Positions 38,514 to 47,966 of a stretch of DNA of 64,000 nt are shown here, piece after piece. The stretch covers positions 27,688-91,687 of IMG/VR virus record IMGVR_UViG_3300037780_000016; one strand, given 5' to 3'. Origin of the DNA: a virus. The translations under genes were made by a program, and so were the position numbers. Numbering within the stretch: the first letter of the stretch is position 1; each line of letters begins with the position of its first letter. The notes beneath the pieces are model-generated. The model saw nothing but the letters and a program-made list of their open reading frames with translations. It was not told the origin of the DNA and did not search any database.

Positions 38514-38551
38514 CTTCTTACTGGGCAACATCAGTAACGAAGGGATTTGCT

Positions 38552-40204
38552 ATGACCTCCAAACTTTCGGCGGAACAGCTCACCGTCAAGAACGCGGATG
38601 AATTCCGCAAGAAGCTGCGCATCCTCGACAGCGCCTTTGTGGGCGTCGTCTTGTGTCGCACCCGGGAGCCGTATCGGGCTCAGGAAGCCATGAAGCTCTA
38701 CGCCATGGCCCGGGAGAACATGACGTTCAACTACTGGTCCATCCTCAACGGCTGGACGCAGATCGAACCTGAGAACTCCAACCGCGAGCCTCAGTCCGAC
38801 AATCTCGTGGACATCACACAGGCGCTGCGCAAGGTCGGCGAAAGCCAGTCTCGCGACGGCATCTACTGCATGCACTACCCGCACAAGGTCGGCCTCGACG
38901 GTCGCATCCTTCCGGTGATCCAGTGGGTGAAGGAGTACGCTCACACGCTGACCGTCCACCGCAAGCGCCTGATCCTGATCGTCCCGCCGTCTTTCCAGCT
39001 CCCGGAAGAGCTTCAGGAAGATGTGACGATCCTCGACTTCGAGCCGCCGTCGTACGCAGAACTGAACGACCGCCTGACGGAACTCCTGAAGATTGCCAAC
39101 GACAGCCTGCCTGCCAACAAGCAGGTGAGCCTGAGCGACCAGCAGCGGGAGCAGCTTCTGTCCGCCGCCGCTGGTATGACCGAGGCCGAGTTCTCGAACG
39201 CCTTCAGCCGGTCGCTGATCGAACACAAGAAGAAGTTCGGCACCGACGACCTCCCGCCCGCTGTCCAGCTCTCCGTCATGGAAGCGAAGACGGAAGTCGT
39301 GAAGCGGTCGGCCTGTCTGGAAGTGATGGACCCGATCCCGATTGAAGAGATCGGCGGGCTCGAAACCCTGAAGTCGTGGATCACCAAGCGATCCGTCTGC
39401 TTCTCGGACGAGGCCAAGCAATTCGGCATCGAGCCGCCCAAGGGCATCGCCTTGATCGGTCCGCCGGGTACTGGTAAGTCTGCCAGTGCCAAGGCCATCG
39501 CCTCGGTGCTCCGCATTCCCCTGATCAAGTTCGACGTGTCCCGCGTCTTCGCGTCCCTCGTGGGCGACAGTGAGAAGAACGTCCGGGCCGCTCTCGATAT
39601 GGTCACTCACATGGCTCCCTGTGTCCTGATGGTGGACGAGGTGGACAAGGTCTTCCAGACCGGCTCAGGAGGCGACAGTGGCGTCTCTCAGCGTGTCCTC
39701 GGCGCTATCCTTACGTGGATGCAGGAGAGCAACGATAACGGCGTGTTCGTGGTCGTCACGGCCAACCGGGTGAACAACCTGCCGTCTGAATTTCTCCGGC
39801 GCGGTCGGATGAACGAGATTTTCTCCGTGAGCCTTCCCCAAGAGGAAGAGCGCAAGGCGATCCTCGACATTCATCTGGCGAAGCGGGGGAAAGACCCCTC
39901 CAAGGTGCCCGGCTTGGAGGATGCCGTCGAGAAGTCCGAAGGGTACGTCCCTGCGGAGATCGAAGAGGCCGTCAAAGATGCACTCGTGGAAGCATACACG
40001 GGAGATATCGAACTGACGGGTGAATTGATTGGCAACCAGCTTGCCGTCATGAAGCCGCTCGCCGAAGCGTTCGCTGAGGACTTCGCGTTCATGCGCCAAT
40101 GGGCAGAAAACAATGCCCGTCCTGCCTCGGCTATCAAGCCCAAGGCCCGGACCCGGTCGCGTGGACCGTCGCCTCAAGATCGCGAAATCGATCTCGGCGG
40201 CTAG
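38552..40204 (+). CDS. Ycf46-like AAA+ ATPase
   Basis: IGGLETLKSW, GPPGTGKS, LMVDEVDK, TANR...LPSEFLRRGR; degenerate N-terminal AAA domain. Confidence 0.9.
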   Translation: MTSKLSAEQLTVKNADEFRKKLRILDSAFVGVVLCRTREPYRAQEAMKLYAMARENMTFNYWSILNGWTQIEPENSNREPQSDNLVDITQALRKVGESQSRDGIYCMHYPHKVGLDGRILPVIQWVKEYAHTLTVHRKRLILIVPPSFQLPEELQEDVTILDFEPPSYAELNDRLTELLKIANDSLPANKQVSLSDQQREQLLSAAAGMTEAEFSNAFSRSLIEHKKKFGTDDLPPAVQLSVMEAKTEVVKRSACLEVMDPIPIEEIGGLETLKSWITKRSVCFSDEAKQFGIEPPKGIALIGPPGTGKSASAKAIASVLRIPLIKFDVSRVFASLVGDSEKNVRAALDMVTHMAPCVLMVDEVDKVFQTGSGGDSGVSQRVLGAILTWMQESNDNGVFVVVTANRVNNLPSEFLRRGRMNEIFSVSLPQEEERKAILDIHLAKRGKDPSKVPGLEDAVEKSEGYVPAEIEEAVKDALVEAYTGDIELTGELIGNQLAVMKPLAEAFAEDFAFMRQWAENNARPASAIKPKARTRSRGPSPQDREIDLGG

Positions 40205-40210
40205 TGGAGC

Positions 40211-40244
40211 GGGGGAGCTGGGTGATCCCTTCCCCGGCTCCCCC
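40211..40244 (+). terminator. Intergenic hairpin, no U-tract
   Basis: GGGGGAGCTGGG / CCCGGCTCCCCC. Confidence 0.45.
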
Positions 40245-40264
40245 AATCCTGATGGGAGACAACA

Positions 40265-40903
40265 ATGTCTGATGAACTGATCCTTTCCACCTTCGCTGGC
40301 AGCGAGACTTTTGACGGGGCCATGGCGAAGTGTATGACCTTCATGACGGGGCGACCCCTCGACAAAGACAAGCCGCTCTTCGTGGCGGCAAAGGAAGGCT
40401 TCTGCCGAAGGGTGGGGGCGTTCCAGAAACTGAACGCGGGCAACCACGCCAACGTCAACGCGGATTGCGGGCACTGGATACAGACGTCCTACGCCATCCC
40501 GGACGGACGGGTGATCAAGCTCTTCGCCATGCGTTCGATCTTCGGGGCGGAGAAGCGTACAGCCAACATCGTGATCCGTATGCGGGACGGTGCTGGTCTG
40601 AAGCGGATCACTGTGCCCCTGACACAGCATCCCCGGGCCAACATCCAGCACGCGGTCTATGAGGGCCGGTTCGATGTCCTGACGCCCGCAGAGGCCACTG
40701 AGTATGGTGTGCCTATCCCTGACCAGTTCCGGCGCTTCTATGAGGCCGGAGCCCGGGAAGGGTTCATCCGGATCGAGCATCTGGACAACGACAGCTCCGC
40801 CCGGCCCATGCACGTGGTCAGGGAGGTGCAGACCGAAGAAGGCGAGACCCAGCAGGTCAAGGACACTGTAAAACCTCGTGGCTTCGACTTCGGAGACGAT
40901 TGA
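40265..40903 (+). CDS. Hypothetical protein (C-terminus RGFDFGDD)
   Basis: GGGAG RBS; its stop overlaps the -35 box of P3. Confidence 0.75.
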   Translation: MSDELILSTFAGSETFDGAMAKCMTFMTGRPLDKDKPLFVAAKEGFCRRVGAFQKLNAGNHANVNADCGHWIQTSYAIPDGRVIKLFAMRSIFGAEKRTANIVIRMRDGAGLKRITVPLTQHPRANIQHAVYEGRFDVLTPAEATEYGVPIPDQFRRFYEAGAREGFIRIEHLDNDSSARPMHVVREVQTEEGETQQVKDTVKPRGFDFGDD

Positions 40904-40928
40904 CATACATTCTGGGATATGCCATTAT
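40900..40928 (+). promoter_or_regulatory. Promoter P3 with conserved spacer
   Basis: TTGACA-TACATTCTGGGATATGC-CATTAT. Confidence 0.8.
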
Positions 40929-40959
40929 CACAGAGTAGACAGCAGATAGGGAGTGACAC

Positions 40960-41424
40960 ATGTCGCACACTACGACCATCAAGGGGGTTCCGCTCAAGAG
41001 CGTTTCCGCCATCCGCAGCGCGGTGAACAACCTCGCAGCCAAGGGGATCAACATCGGTCTCGCCGAGAACGCGGTTCCCCGTATGTATTACAGCGACCAG
41101 TTCAAGCGTGACACGGGCAAGTCCCGGGCTGAGCTGGTCCTGCAACTGCCGGGCTCCAAGTACGACGTGGGCCTGAGCCTGCAAGAGGACGGCACCTACC
41201 AGCCGGTTCTCGACACGTGGGCGGGTTCGGTCTCTGGCCAGATCGGCGCGACCTGCCCGGTCCCGAGTTCTCCGGAAGGCCGTGCCCAGCACGCCATCGG
41301 GCAGTTCATGCAAGAGTACGCCAAGGAAGCTGCTATCGAGGCGGCGGTCATGGCAGGCCATACGGTGGAGAGCTGCACCGTGGACGCCGAAGGTAACGTC
41401 CAGCTCAAGATCGCCGTAGCGTAG
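40960..41424 (+). CDS. DUF1257 / Ycf35-like protein
   Basis: MSHTTTIK start, YDVGL...DGTY, QEYA, GNVQL; lies next to the Ycf46-like gene. Confidence 0.75.
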   Translation: MSHTTTIKGVPLKSVSAIRSAVNNLAAKGINIGLAENAVPRMYYSDQFKRDTGKSRAELVLQLPGSKYDVGLSLQEDGTYQPVLDTWAGSVSGQIGATCPVPSSPEGRAQHAIGQFMQEYAKEAAIEAAVMAGHTVESCTVDAEGNVQLKIAVA

Positions 41425-41433
41425 GAGGTCTCC

Positions 41434-41640
41434 ATGGCTGGAACCATCAACATCACCATCGATCCCCTCGGCAATGCCAACGTCGAGGTGGACGGAATGA
41501 CCGGAGCCTCCTGTAAGGATGCGACCCGGGCCGTCGAACAGGCTCTCGCGGGTGGTCAGGTTGGCGTGGACACCGTCTACAAGGGCGAGTTCTACGCGGC
41601 TGACACCGACGAAGAGCAGAACGAACACGTGCAGTTCTGA
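41434..41640 (+). CDS. DUF2997-like protein
   Basis: I.IDP.G...VEV.G..G.SC...T..VEQAL...EFY. Confidence 0.8.
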   Translation: MAGTINITIDPLGNANVEVDGMTGASCKDATRAVEQALAGGQVGVDTVYKGEFYAADTDEEQNEHVQF

Positions 41641-41987
41641 TGAATATGCAGGTGCTCACCATCAGCCCGACGGGCGAAGTCTCTGGCCTTCAGCGCAAGC
41701 CGGGTCAGGGCTTCGACCTTCGGAAGCTCGGCAAAGCTCAGATCGAGCGGGTCTCCGAGATCGTCTGGGACGAGGAAAACCAAAACTGGTTCATCTCCAT
41801 CCTCCGTGGCTTCTTCGCCGACCGTCTGGTGTCCAGTGTTCTCTGGGCCGCGTATGTCAGCGAAACTCTCCCGGGTGCCGGGTGCACTATCCGGGATGAC
41901 GGCGTCCTGCTCTTCGAGGACTATGATCAGGCAGTGAAAGCCGAAGTCGAGTTCTTGGACAGAGCAAGATTGGCGGGACACTTCTAG
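41640..41987 (+). CDS. Hypothetical protein of the AAA module
   Basis: Start overlaps the previous stop; LRKLG...IERVSEI; AVKAEVEFL. Confidence 0.7.
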   Translation: MNMQVLTISPTGEVSGLQRKPGQGFDLRKLGKAQIERVSEIVWDEENQNWFISILRGFFADRLVSSVLWAAYVSETLPGAGCTIRDDGVLLFEDYDQAVKAEVEFLDRARLAGHF

Positions 41988-42044
41988 TCCTGCTGTCTAC
42001 AGGGAGGCGTGTATTCCAATGAACCGGGGTGCACGTCTTTCCTG

Positions 42045-42073
42045 TTGACCGTCCTAGATTGTAGGTATACGGT
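42045..42073 (+). promoter_or_regulatory. sigma70-type promoter of the replication operon
   Basis: TTGACC-17 bp-TACGGT; preceded by palindrome variant 42020-42033 and followed by an inverted repeat at 42081-42117. Confidence 0.5.
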
Positions 42074-42149
42074 CAAAAAATTGACCCCGCGCAGTCGGCA
42101 AACTCACGCGAGGTCAAATAGTCCAAACTTGAATGGGAGCAGACTATAC

Positions 42150-43325
42150 ATGTCTGACGAACTAGGCAACCCTATTAAACAGATTGAAGCCTACCGGTCA
42201 CTGTTCCGGGTTCAGCGCGACATCTCCCCCGCAGCATTCAAAGTCCTCGGCTACATCGTGGATCGCTCCATCGGTTGGAGCACCCCGTCTGTTGCGCTAT
42301 CCTATGCCGACTTCCTTGAGGGCGACTTCGCATATCCGCCCATCGGTATGTCCGACCGGACGCTCCGCAATGCCCTGACCGAACTTGTGGATGGGGGCTT
42401 TGTGTCCGTAGCCAGCCGGGACAGCCGGAAGCGTAAGGCGGTGTACACGCCGCTCGTTTTGGAGAAAGACATCATGACCAGCCTCCGACCCAGCAAGAAA
42501 CGGAAGCCTCAGAGTGGTAAAAACTACCACACGGGTATGGTAGAAACTACCACAGACGGAGTGGTAGGAATTACCACTTATAAAAGAACCAATAAGAACC
42601 ACCGGAAAGGACCACCGAATAGCGCTCCCTCCGGTCCCGCTGCCACCGGGTCGATTGACGACCTTCTCCCTGAAGCCATGGACCGGTCGAAGAAGCGCCA
42701 AGCCTCCAAGGCTTCGGCTGCACGCTCGAAGAAAACCGTGGCATCCCTCTGGACGACTTGGTCGGCTGCTTGGGCAAACGCTTACGCGGATGAACCCGGG
42801 TTCACGGCGCCGATGGCGTGGAGCAAAATCGAGCGAGGCTCCATGGCGAACGTCGCCCGCAAGTTCACCGGCACGACGGAAGAGCTGCACACCCTGATCG
42901 AGTTCGTCGTGAGCCGTTGGGGCTACTGCATGCGGGAGGGCTTCGCCACGTGGAAGCAGGCCCCGTCTCATCCGGCCCCGCAGGTGCTCGTGAAGTTCCT
43001 CCCGAAGTTCGTGGCGATCCAGTCCTCTTATCTGGTTGAGCAGCGCGACAAGCGTGCCGCCATGACCGACTGGGAGGCCGCTATGTTCGACCGTCTGGTC
43101 AAGGAGGGATCGACCCACGAGGCCGCTCAGGAGGCCGTAGCCGAGGAGCGTGGACGCCGTTCGGTAGCGAAGACCGCCCCGGCGAAAGTCAAGGAGGGGG
43201 GTGTTGCGAAAACCCCTACCATACCCTCCCGGGGACAACGGGTAGAAGTGCGCAAGGGTCCGCTCATGGAGACGGACGAGGAATTGAACTTTGACAGCGG
43301 CGATCTGCCGGAATGGGGAGAGTGA
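42150..43325 (+). CDS. Replication initiator (N-terminal winged HTH)
   Basis: GMSDRTLRNALTELVDGGFV; internal iterons; precedes the loader and DnaB genes; ATG 42150 after GGGAG. Confidence 0.7.
   Translation: MSDELGNPIKQIEAYRSLFRVQRDISPAAFKVLGYIVDRSIGWSTPSVALSYADFLEGDFAYPPIGMSDRTLRNALTELVDGGFVSVASRDSRKRKAVYTPLVLEKDIMTSLRPSKKRKPQSGKNYHTGMVETTTDGVVGITTYKRTNKNHRKGPPNSAPSGPAATGSIDDLLPEAMDRSKKRQASKASAARSKKTVASLWTTWSAAWANAYADEPGFTAPMAWSKIERGSMANVARKFTGTTEELHTLIEFVVSRWGYCMREGFATWKQAPSHPAPQVLVKFLPKFVAIQSSYLVEQRDKRAAMTDWEAAMFDRLVKEGSTHEAAQEAVAEERGRRSVAKTAPAKVKEGGVAKTPTIPSRGQRVEVRKGPLMETDEELNFDSGDLPEWGE
42514..42600. repeat. Putative replication origin: 3 palindromic iterons plus AT-rich tract
   Basis: GTGGTAAAAACTACCAC (42514), ATGGTAGAAACTACCAC (42537), GTGGTAGGAATTACCAC (42561), then TTATAAAAGAACCAATAAGAACC. 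Confidence 0.75.
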
Positions 43326-43326
43326 T

Positions 43327-43887
43327 ATGACCAGCTTGATCGACAAGGGCGAGCCGACCAACGCGGAGCTGAAGCAACAGTCCGCCGAGGCGTCGATGAA
43401 AGACGCAGGCATCCCGAAGTCTTACTGGGCGAAGGGGCTGGCACAGGCGGGCACCGAGAAGTCCGAGGCCGTTCTGGCTTGGCTCAAGGCTCGGGGCCGG
43501 GCTGATATCCGGGACGGAGTTGGCGTCACATTCTGTGATCGCAAGGACCGGGAAGTGTTCCTGCTGACCGCCCGGGCTCTGCTCCTCCTGAATACGAACG
43601 TCGTGGTCATGGACCCCATCACGTATTTCACCGGCAAGGGACGCCGCTTCGAGATGGTGAGGGACGCCCGGGCCATCTTCTGGGAAGACCTGTACAACCC
43701 GATCAACAGCGACCATAATCCGTACACCGACCGCGAGCGTGCGATCATGACCCGGACGATCCAGCTCTTCCATGAGGAAGGCAAAGCGCAGTTCGCGCTT
43801 CTGGACCGTGACCCCCGGGGCGCAAAGCCGCAGTGGTGGGGCGATGCAGCACTGGACGTACTGTTCGACAATAACCACGTTCGCTGA
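43327..43887 (+). CDS. Degenerate DnaC/IstB-like helicase loader
   Basis: AGIPKSY start; Walker A degenerate; Walker-B-like IFWEDL; lies between initiator and DnaB. Confidence 0.5.
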   Translation: MTSLIDKGEPTNAELKQQSAEASMKDAGIPKSYWAKGLAQAGTEKSEAVLAWLKARGRADIRDGVGVTFCDRKDREVFLLTARALLLLNTNVVVMDPITYFTGKGRRFEMVRDARAIFWEDLYNPINSDHNPYTDRERAIMTRTIQLFHEEGKAQFALLDRDPRGAKPQWWGDAALDVLFDNNHVR

Positions 43888-43895
43888 GGGGCAGC

Positions 43896-45158
43896 ATGAC
43901 ACCGGGCATCAACCTTATCTCCGCGCTGATCGGAACACGGTCGCGCACGGCATTCCGGGAGGTCGTACCTGACCTGTTCGGTAGCGCCGAAGAGCTGGCC
44001 GCGTGGGCTGTGCTGAGTGAGCACGTCCGCCGGTACGGCGACTTCCCCACGGTGGAGCATCTGGCTTCCCGGGGCATCCAACTGGCACCGGTCACGCAGC
44101 CGGTGCAGTTCTACATCGACGAGTGTGTCCGCCGCCGGAAGTACCAAGCGATCCGGGGCGACTGGCAAGACCTCCAAGAGGCGGTCCGCAACCAAGACCC
44201 TGACGCCGCCCTCCGGCTCATGTCCGGCATCATCGCCGACGCCCGCCTGTCCTCGACCCGGGCCGACACCCTGAACATCACGGACGCGATCCAACTGGTG
44301 ATCGAAGACCACGACGAAGCCCGCATGATCTCGGGCCTCCGTGGCATCCCGTTCGGCTGGGAGACCTTGGACACCGCGACTGACGGCATGCAGGCAGGAG
44401 ACCTGATCACGCTGGTCGCCCGCCCCGGCATGGGTAAGTCATGGCTCATGGCCTACAGCGCACTCCACGCATGGTCTCAGGGGCACTCCGTCCTGTTCGC
44501 GACCATGGAGATGACGGTGCTGGGCATCGTCCGGCGTATGCTGGCCTACCTGACCCAGACGAACTTCCGTGACCTCCGAGCTGGCGAGCTGTCCAACTGG
44601 GGCCGGGACTTGATGATCCAGCGGCTGGCCGACCTCGAAGGCCGGGCTCCGTTCACCGTACTGGCCGGGAACCTGCACAAGAGCACAGGACAGATCGACA
44701 GCGTCGTGCAGGAGCTGGAACCTGATCTGGTCGCGGTGGACGCGGCCTACCTGCTCTACCCGGAGAAGAAGGTCCGGTCGAACGGCTCCAAGTGGGAGAC
44801 CCTTGAGGCGGTCAATACCGAGCTGAAGGACGTGGCCTTGAACCGGAACCGGCCTGTGCTTCAGTCCGTCCAGTTCAACCGGAGCCAGAAACGAGACGAG
44901 GAAGGCGACCTCGACAACATCGGCGGAACCGATGCCATCGGTCAGCTCTCCTCTGTGATCATCGCCCCCCGTGAAGGCAATGGGGCAGCCAAGCGAACAC
45001 AGCGCCGCATGAACACCGCCAAGGTGCGTGACGGCTCCCCTGTGGAATTCACGACCAACTTCCTCTTCAACCCGCTCAATTTCGACGAGATCGAAGTGAA
45101 CGAGCTGGAACATGCTGAAGGGTTCGACGCCGTGGAAGAAGAAGGACTGGCACTATGA
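43896..45158 (+). CDS. dnaB: Replicative helicase (DnaB family)
   Basis: ARPGMGKS, TMEM, VAVDAAYL, QFNR, KVRDG. Confidence 0.93.
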   Translation: MTPGINLISALIGTRSRTAFREVVPDLFGSAEELAAWAVLSEHVRRYGDFPTVEHLASRGIQLAPVTQPVQFYIDECVRRRKYQAIRGDWQDLQEAVRNQDPDAALRLMSGIIADARLSSTRADTLNITDAIQLVIEDHDEARMISGLRGIPFGWETLDTATDGMQAGDLITLVARPGMGKSWLMAYSALHAWSQGHSVLFATMEMTVLGIVRRMLAYLTQTNFRDLRAGELSNWGRDLMIQRLADLEGRAPFTVLAGNLHKSTGQIDSVVQELEPDLVAVDAAYLLYPEKKVRSNGSKWETLEAVNTELKDVALNRNRPVLQSVQFNRSQKRDEEGDLDNIGGTDAIGQLSSVIIAPREGNGAAKRTQRRMNTAKVRDGSPVEFTTNFLFNPLNFDEIEVNELEHAEGFDAVEEEGLAL

Positions 45159-47899
45159 GCCATTGGCAGCGCATGCAGAACTATCAGGCCCCCCATCCGG
45201 AGCACTGGGCTCGCCCGGTTCGCGGCTACAACGGGGAACAGGCCGAGGTTCTGGTCATCACCGACAACCAGAATATCGACGCCTACGACAGCCAGCAGGT
45301 GATGAGCAATCTGGAACTGAACACCATTGGCCGGGCACTGGGCGAAGCCGGGTACGAAAAGGGCAGCATCGTGACGGTGTGTCTGGCTCCGACCATCCCG
45401 CTCGACAACACCGGCTCCGAAGGCAAGAAGTGGGAGCACACCTCCCAGTATCTGGACGGGCTCGACGAATGGATTGAACGGGTCAACCCCCGCATGATCG
45501 TGCCTCTGGGCAACCTCGCCGCCCGAGCGGTGTTGGGCCGGGCCGTCAAGATCACCAAGGTCCGTGGACAGGTGCAGGAAAAAACCTACGAGGACGGCAC
45601 CAAGCGGTATGTCTTCCCGATGCTTGCACCCGGGTTCATTCTGCGCATCCCGGAACACCGCACCACATTCCTCGCCGACTGCGCGACGCTGGGCGTGATG
45701 CGGAAGAGCGACTACGACATCACACTCCTCGAACACGACACGAGCGGGTATGAATGGCGGAAGGACATCTCTGACCTGCTGGGAGAGAACGCCCCGCCCA
45801 TCGCCGCAGTCGATACCGAGACCACCGGCCTCGACGTGATCGACCCCCAGACCAAGCCGATCTGCGTGCAGATTACGGTCAGGCCGGGTCACGGCGTTGC
45901 GGTCCCGCTCATGTGGGAATACTGGCAGCGGGTCTTCCCGGGCAGATCGACAGATGAGTTCCACGCCGCCCGGACACAGGTGCGGGAGTTCATGGCTGAT
46001 CCGCGTATCCGGAAGGTCGGTCATAACCTGAAATTCGACCTGCACGTCCTGACCCGTGACGGCTTCCCGGTCGCGAACTTCTATCACGACACCCAGATGA
46101 TGGCATGGTGCGTGGACGAGAACCTGATGTCGAAGGCTCTGGCCGACCTGATCAAGATTTTCGTGCCGTCCATGGCCGGGTACTCGGATGAGTTCGACCT
46201 GAACACCGACAAGTCCAACATGATCGACGTCCACCCGGACGACATGCTGGACTACGGCTGCGGGGATACCGACGCCACCTTCCGGCTCATGCAGGTGCTG
46301 GACGCACAGATGCGGAAGGACTTGGGCCAGTACAACATCTATCGGCGTATCCAGCTCCCGGCTCTGGCAGCCTTCGCGGCGACCCTTGAGAACAATGGGG
46401 TGATGGTGAACCAAGACGCCCTTCGCCAGCTCCAAGGTGAGATCGAAGAGTTCTACGAGACCGAGCGCCGCTGGCTGATCCGCAACGCCCCGCGCAAGGT
46501 CCGGCTCAAGCACATGGACGCGGGCCTCTCCTTCACCCGTGATGCGTTCACCCGGGACATCCTGTTCTCGAAGGACGGCTTCAACCTGACCCCGGTCGTC
46601 TTCACCGACAGCACGAAGCGGATGCGTGACCCGGCGAAGCGTGTCCCCAGCGCCAGTGCCAAGACCCATATGCCGTATTTCGTCACGCACCCTGAGCACG
46701 GCGAATACATCCAGCGTCTCATCGGCCTGAAGAAGGCACACAAGATGATGACGACGTATGTCGGCAAGGAGAGCGAGGGCACCGGGTTCTGGAAGTACAT
46801 CCGCCCGGACAGCACGATCCACCCGCTCTATAATCTGCACGTCACCGACACAGGCCGGACGTCGTCTCAGAACCCGAACGGGCAGAACATCCCGAAGCGT
46901 GATCCCCGCTGGGCGAAACCGTATCGCCGGATGTTCTCGGCCCGCCCGGGGAAAGCGTTCGTGTCCTGTGACCTCTCGCAGGCCGAGCTGCGGATGGCCG
47001 CGTGGATGGCGATGGAGCCAGCCATGCTGAAGATTTACGCCGAGGGTGGTGACATTCACGCAGCGACCGCCGCTGCTGTAGCCCAAATCCCGGAAGAGGT
47101 GTTCAAGTCCTACAAGGGCAACGACACGGTCCTGATGGACGTGGCGAACCAAGTCCGAGGCTCAGGCGACTTCCTCCGAAAGCTCTCCCCCGGGAAGCGT
47201 CGGACAGCGACGCTGGGAGACTTCTTCAAGACCAACCGTCAGAACGCCAAGGCGGTGAACTTCGGGTTCATCTACGGCGCTATGGCCCCGACCTTCCAGC
47301 AGGTGGCGAAGATCGACTACGGCGTGGATTACACGCTGGAAGAAGCCGAGCAGGTCCGTGAACTGTATTTCCGCACCTACCCCAAGCTCCTCGACTGGCA
47401 CGAACAGATGAGAGCCATGGTGCACCGGGAAGGCGTGGTGAAGTCCATGATCGGTGGCACCCGTCATATGCAGTCGATCTACTCCAACGACCGGGGCATC
47501 GTCATGGCGGCGGAACGTCAGGCGATCAACTCCCCGATCCAGCGCATCGGCTCCGAGCTGGGTGTCATGGGTATCGTCCGGTACACGGCTCAGCTTGAGA
47601 TGCGTGGCCCGGGTCTCGGCTTCGCCTGCCCGACCATGTTCATTCACGATGACATCGTGACCGAGTGCGCCGAGGAAGACGCTGAGACCGTAGCGGGTCA
47701 GGTGAAGTGGGTTCTGGAAAACCCGCCGCTCCTGCAATGGTTCAACGCCCAATGCCCGATCCCTATCGCGTCTGACCCGGAGATCGGCCTGAACCTCGCC
47801 GACATGGAAGAGCGCGAGGATATCCAGCCGACCAAGCCGGAATGGTGGGACGACAACGAGCAGGAGGTTGTCACGGAGTGGCTGCAACAAGCCCGTTGA
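45155..47899 (+). CDS. polA: Family A DNA polymerase with N-terminal UDG-like domain and 3'-5' exonuclease
   Basis: Exonuclease DTETTG, HNLKFD, YGCGD. Polymerase DLSQAELR, KAVNFGFIYG, IHDD. UDG-like PRMIVPLGNLA..ITKVRG. Confidence 0.93.
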   Translation: MSHWQRMQNYQAPHPEHWARPVRGYNGEQAEVLVITDNQNIDAYDSQQVMSNLELNTIGRALGEAGYEKGSIVTVCLAPTIPLDNTGSEGKKWEHTSQYLDGLDEWIERVNPRMIVPLGNLAARAVLGRAVKITKVRGQVQEKTYEDGTKRYVFPMLAPGFILRIPEHRTTFLADCATLGVMRKSDYDITLLEHDTSGYEWRKDISDLLGENAPPIAAVDTETTGLDVIDPQTKPICVQITVRPGHGVAVPLMWEYWQRVFPGRSTDEFHAARTQVREFMADPRIRKVGHNLKFDLHVLTRDGFPVANFYHDTQMMAWCVDENLMSKALADLIKIFVPSMAGYSDEFDLNTDKSNMIDVHPDDMLDYGCGDTDATFRLMQVLDAQMRKDLGQYNIYRRIQLPALAAFAATLENNGVMVNQDALRQLQGEIEEFYETERRWLIRNAPRKVRLKHMDAGLSFTRDAFTRDILFSKDGFNLTPVVFTDSTKRMRDPAKRVPSASAKTHMPYFVTHPEHGEYIQRLIGLKKAHKMMTTYVGKESEGTGFWKYIRPDSTIHPLYNLHVTDTGRTSSQNPNGQNIPKRDPRWAKPYRRMFSARPGKAFVSCDLSQAELRMAAWMAMEPAMLKIYAEGGDIHAATAAAVAQIPEEVFKSYKGNDTVLMDVANQVRGSGDFLRKLSPGKRRTATLGDFFKTNRQNAKAVNFGFIYGAMAPTFQQVAKIDYGVDYTLEEAEQVRELYFRTYPKLLDWHEQMRAMVHREGVVKSMIGGTRHMQSIYSNDRGIVMAAERQAINSPIQRIGSELGVMGIVRYTAQLEMRGPGLGFACPTMFIHDDIVTECAEEDAETVAGQVKWVLENPPLLQWFNAQCPIPIASDPEIGLNLADMEEREDIQPTKPEWWDDNEQEVVTEWLQQAR

Positions 47900-47924
47900 C
47901 ATACATTCTGGGATAGTCTATATA
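47896..47924 (+). promoter_or_regulatory. Promoter P4 with conserved spacer
   Basis: TTGACA-TACATTCTGGGATAGTC-TATATA. Confidence 0.85.
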
Positions 47925-47966
47925 TAGGGCATCATTCATTAGGGCACTCAATGAAGGGAGACCACT

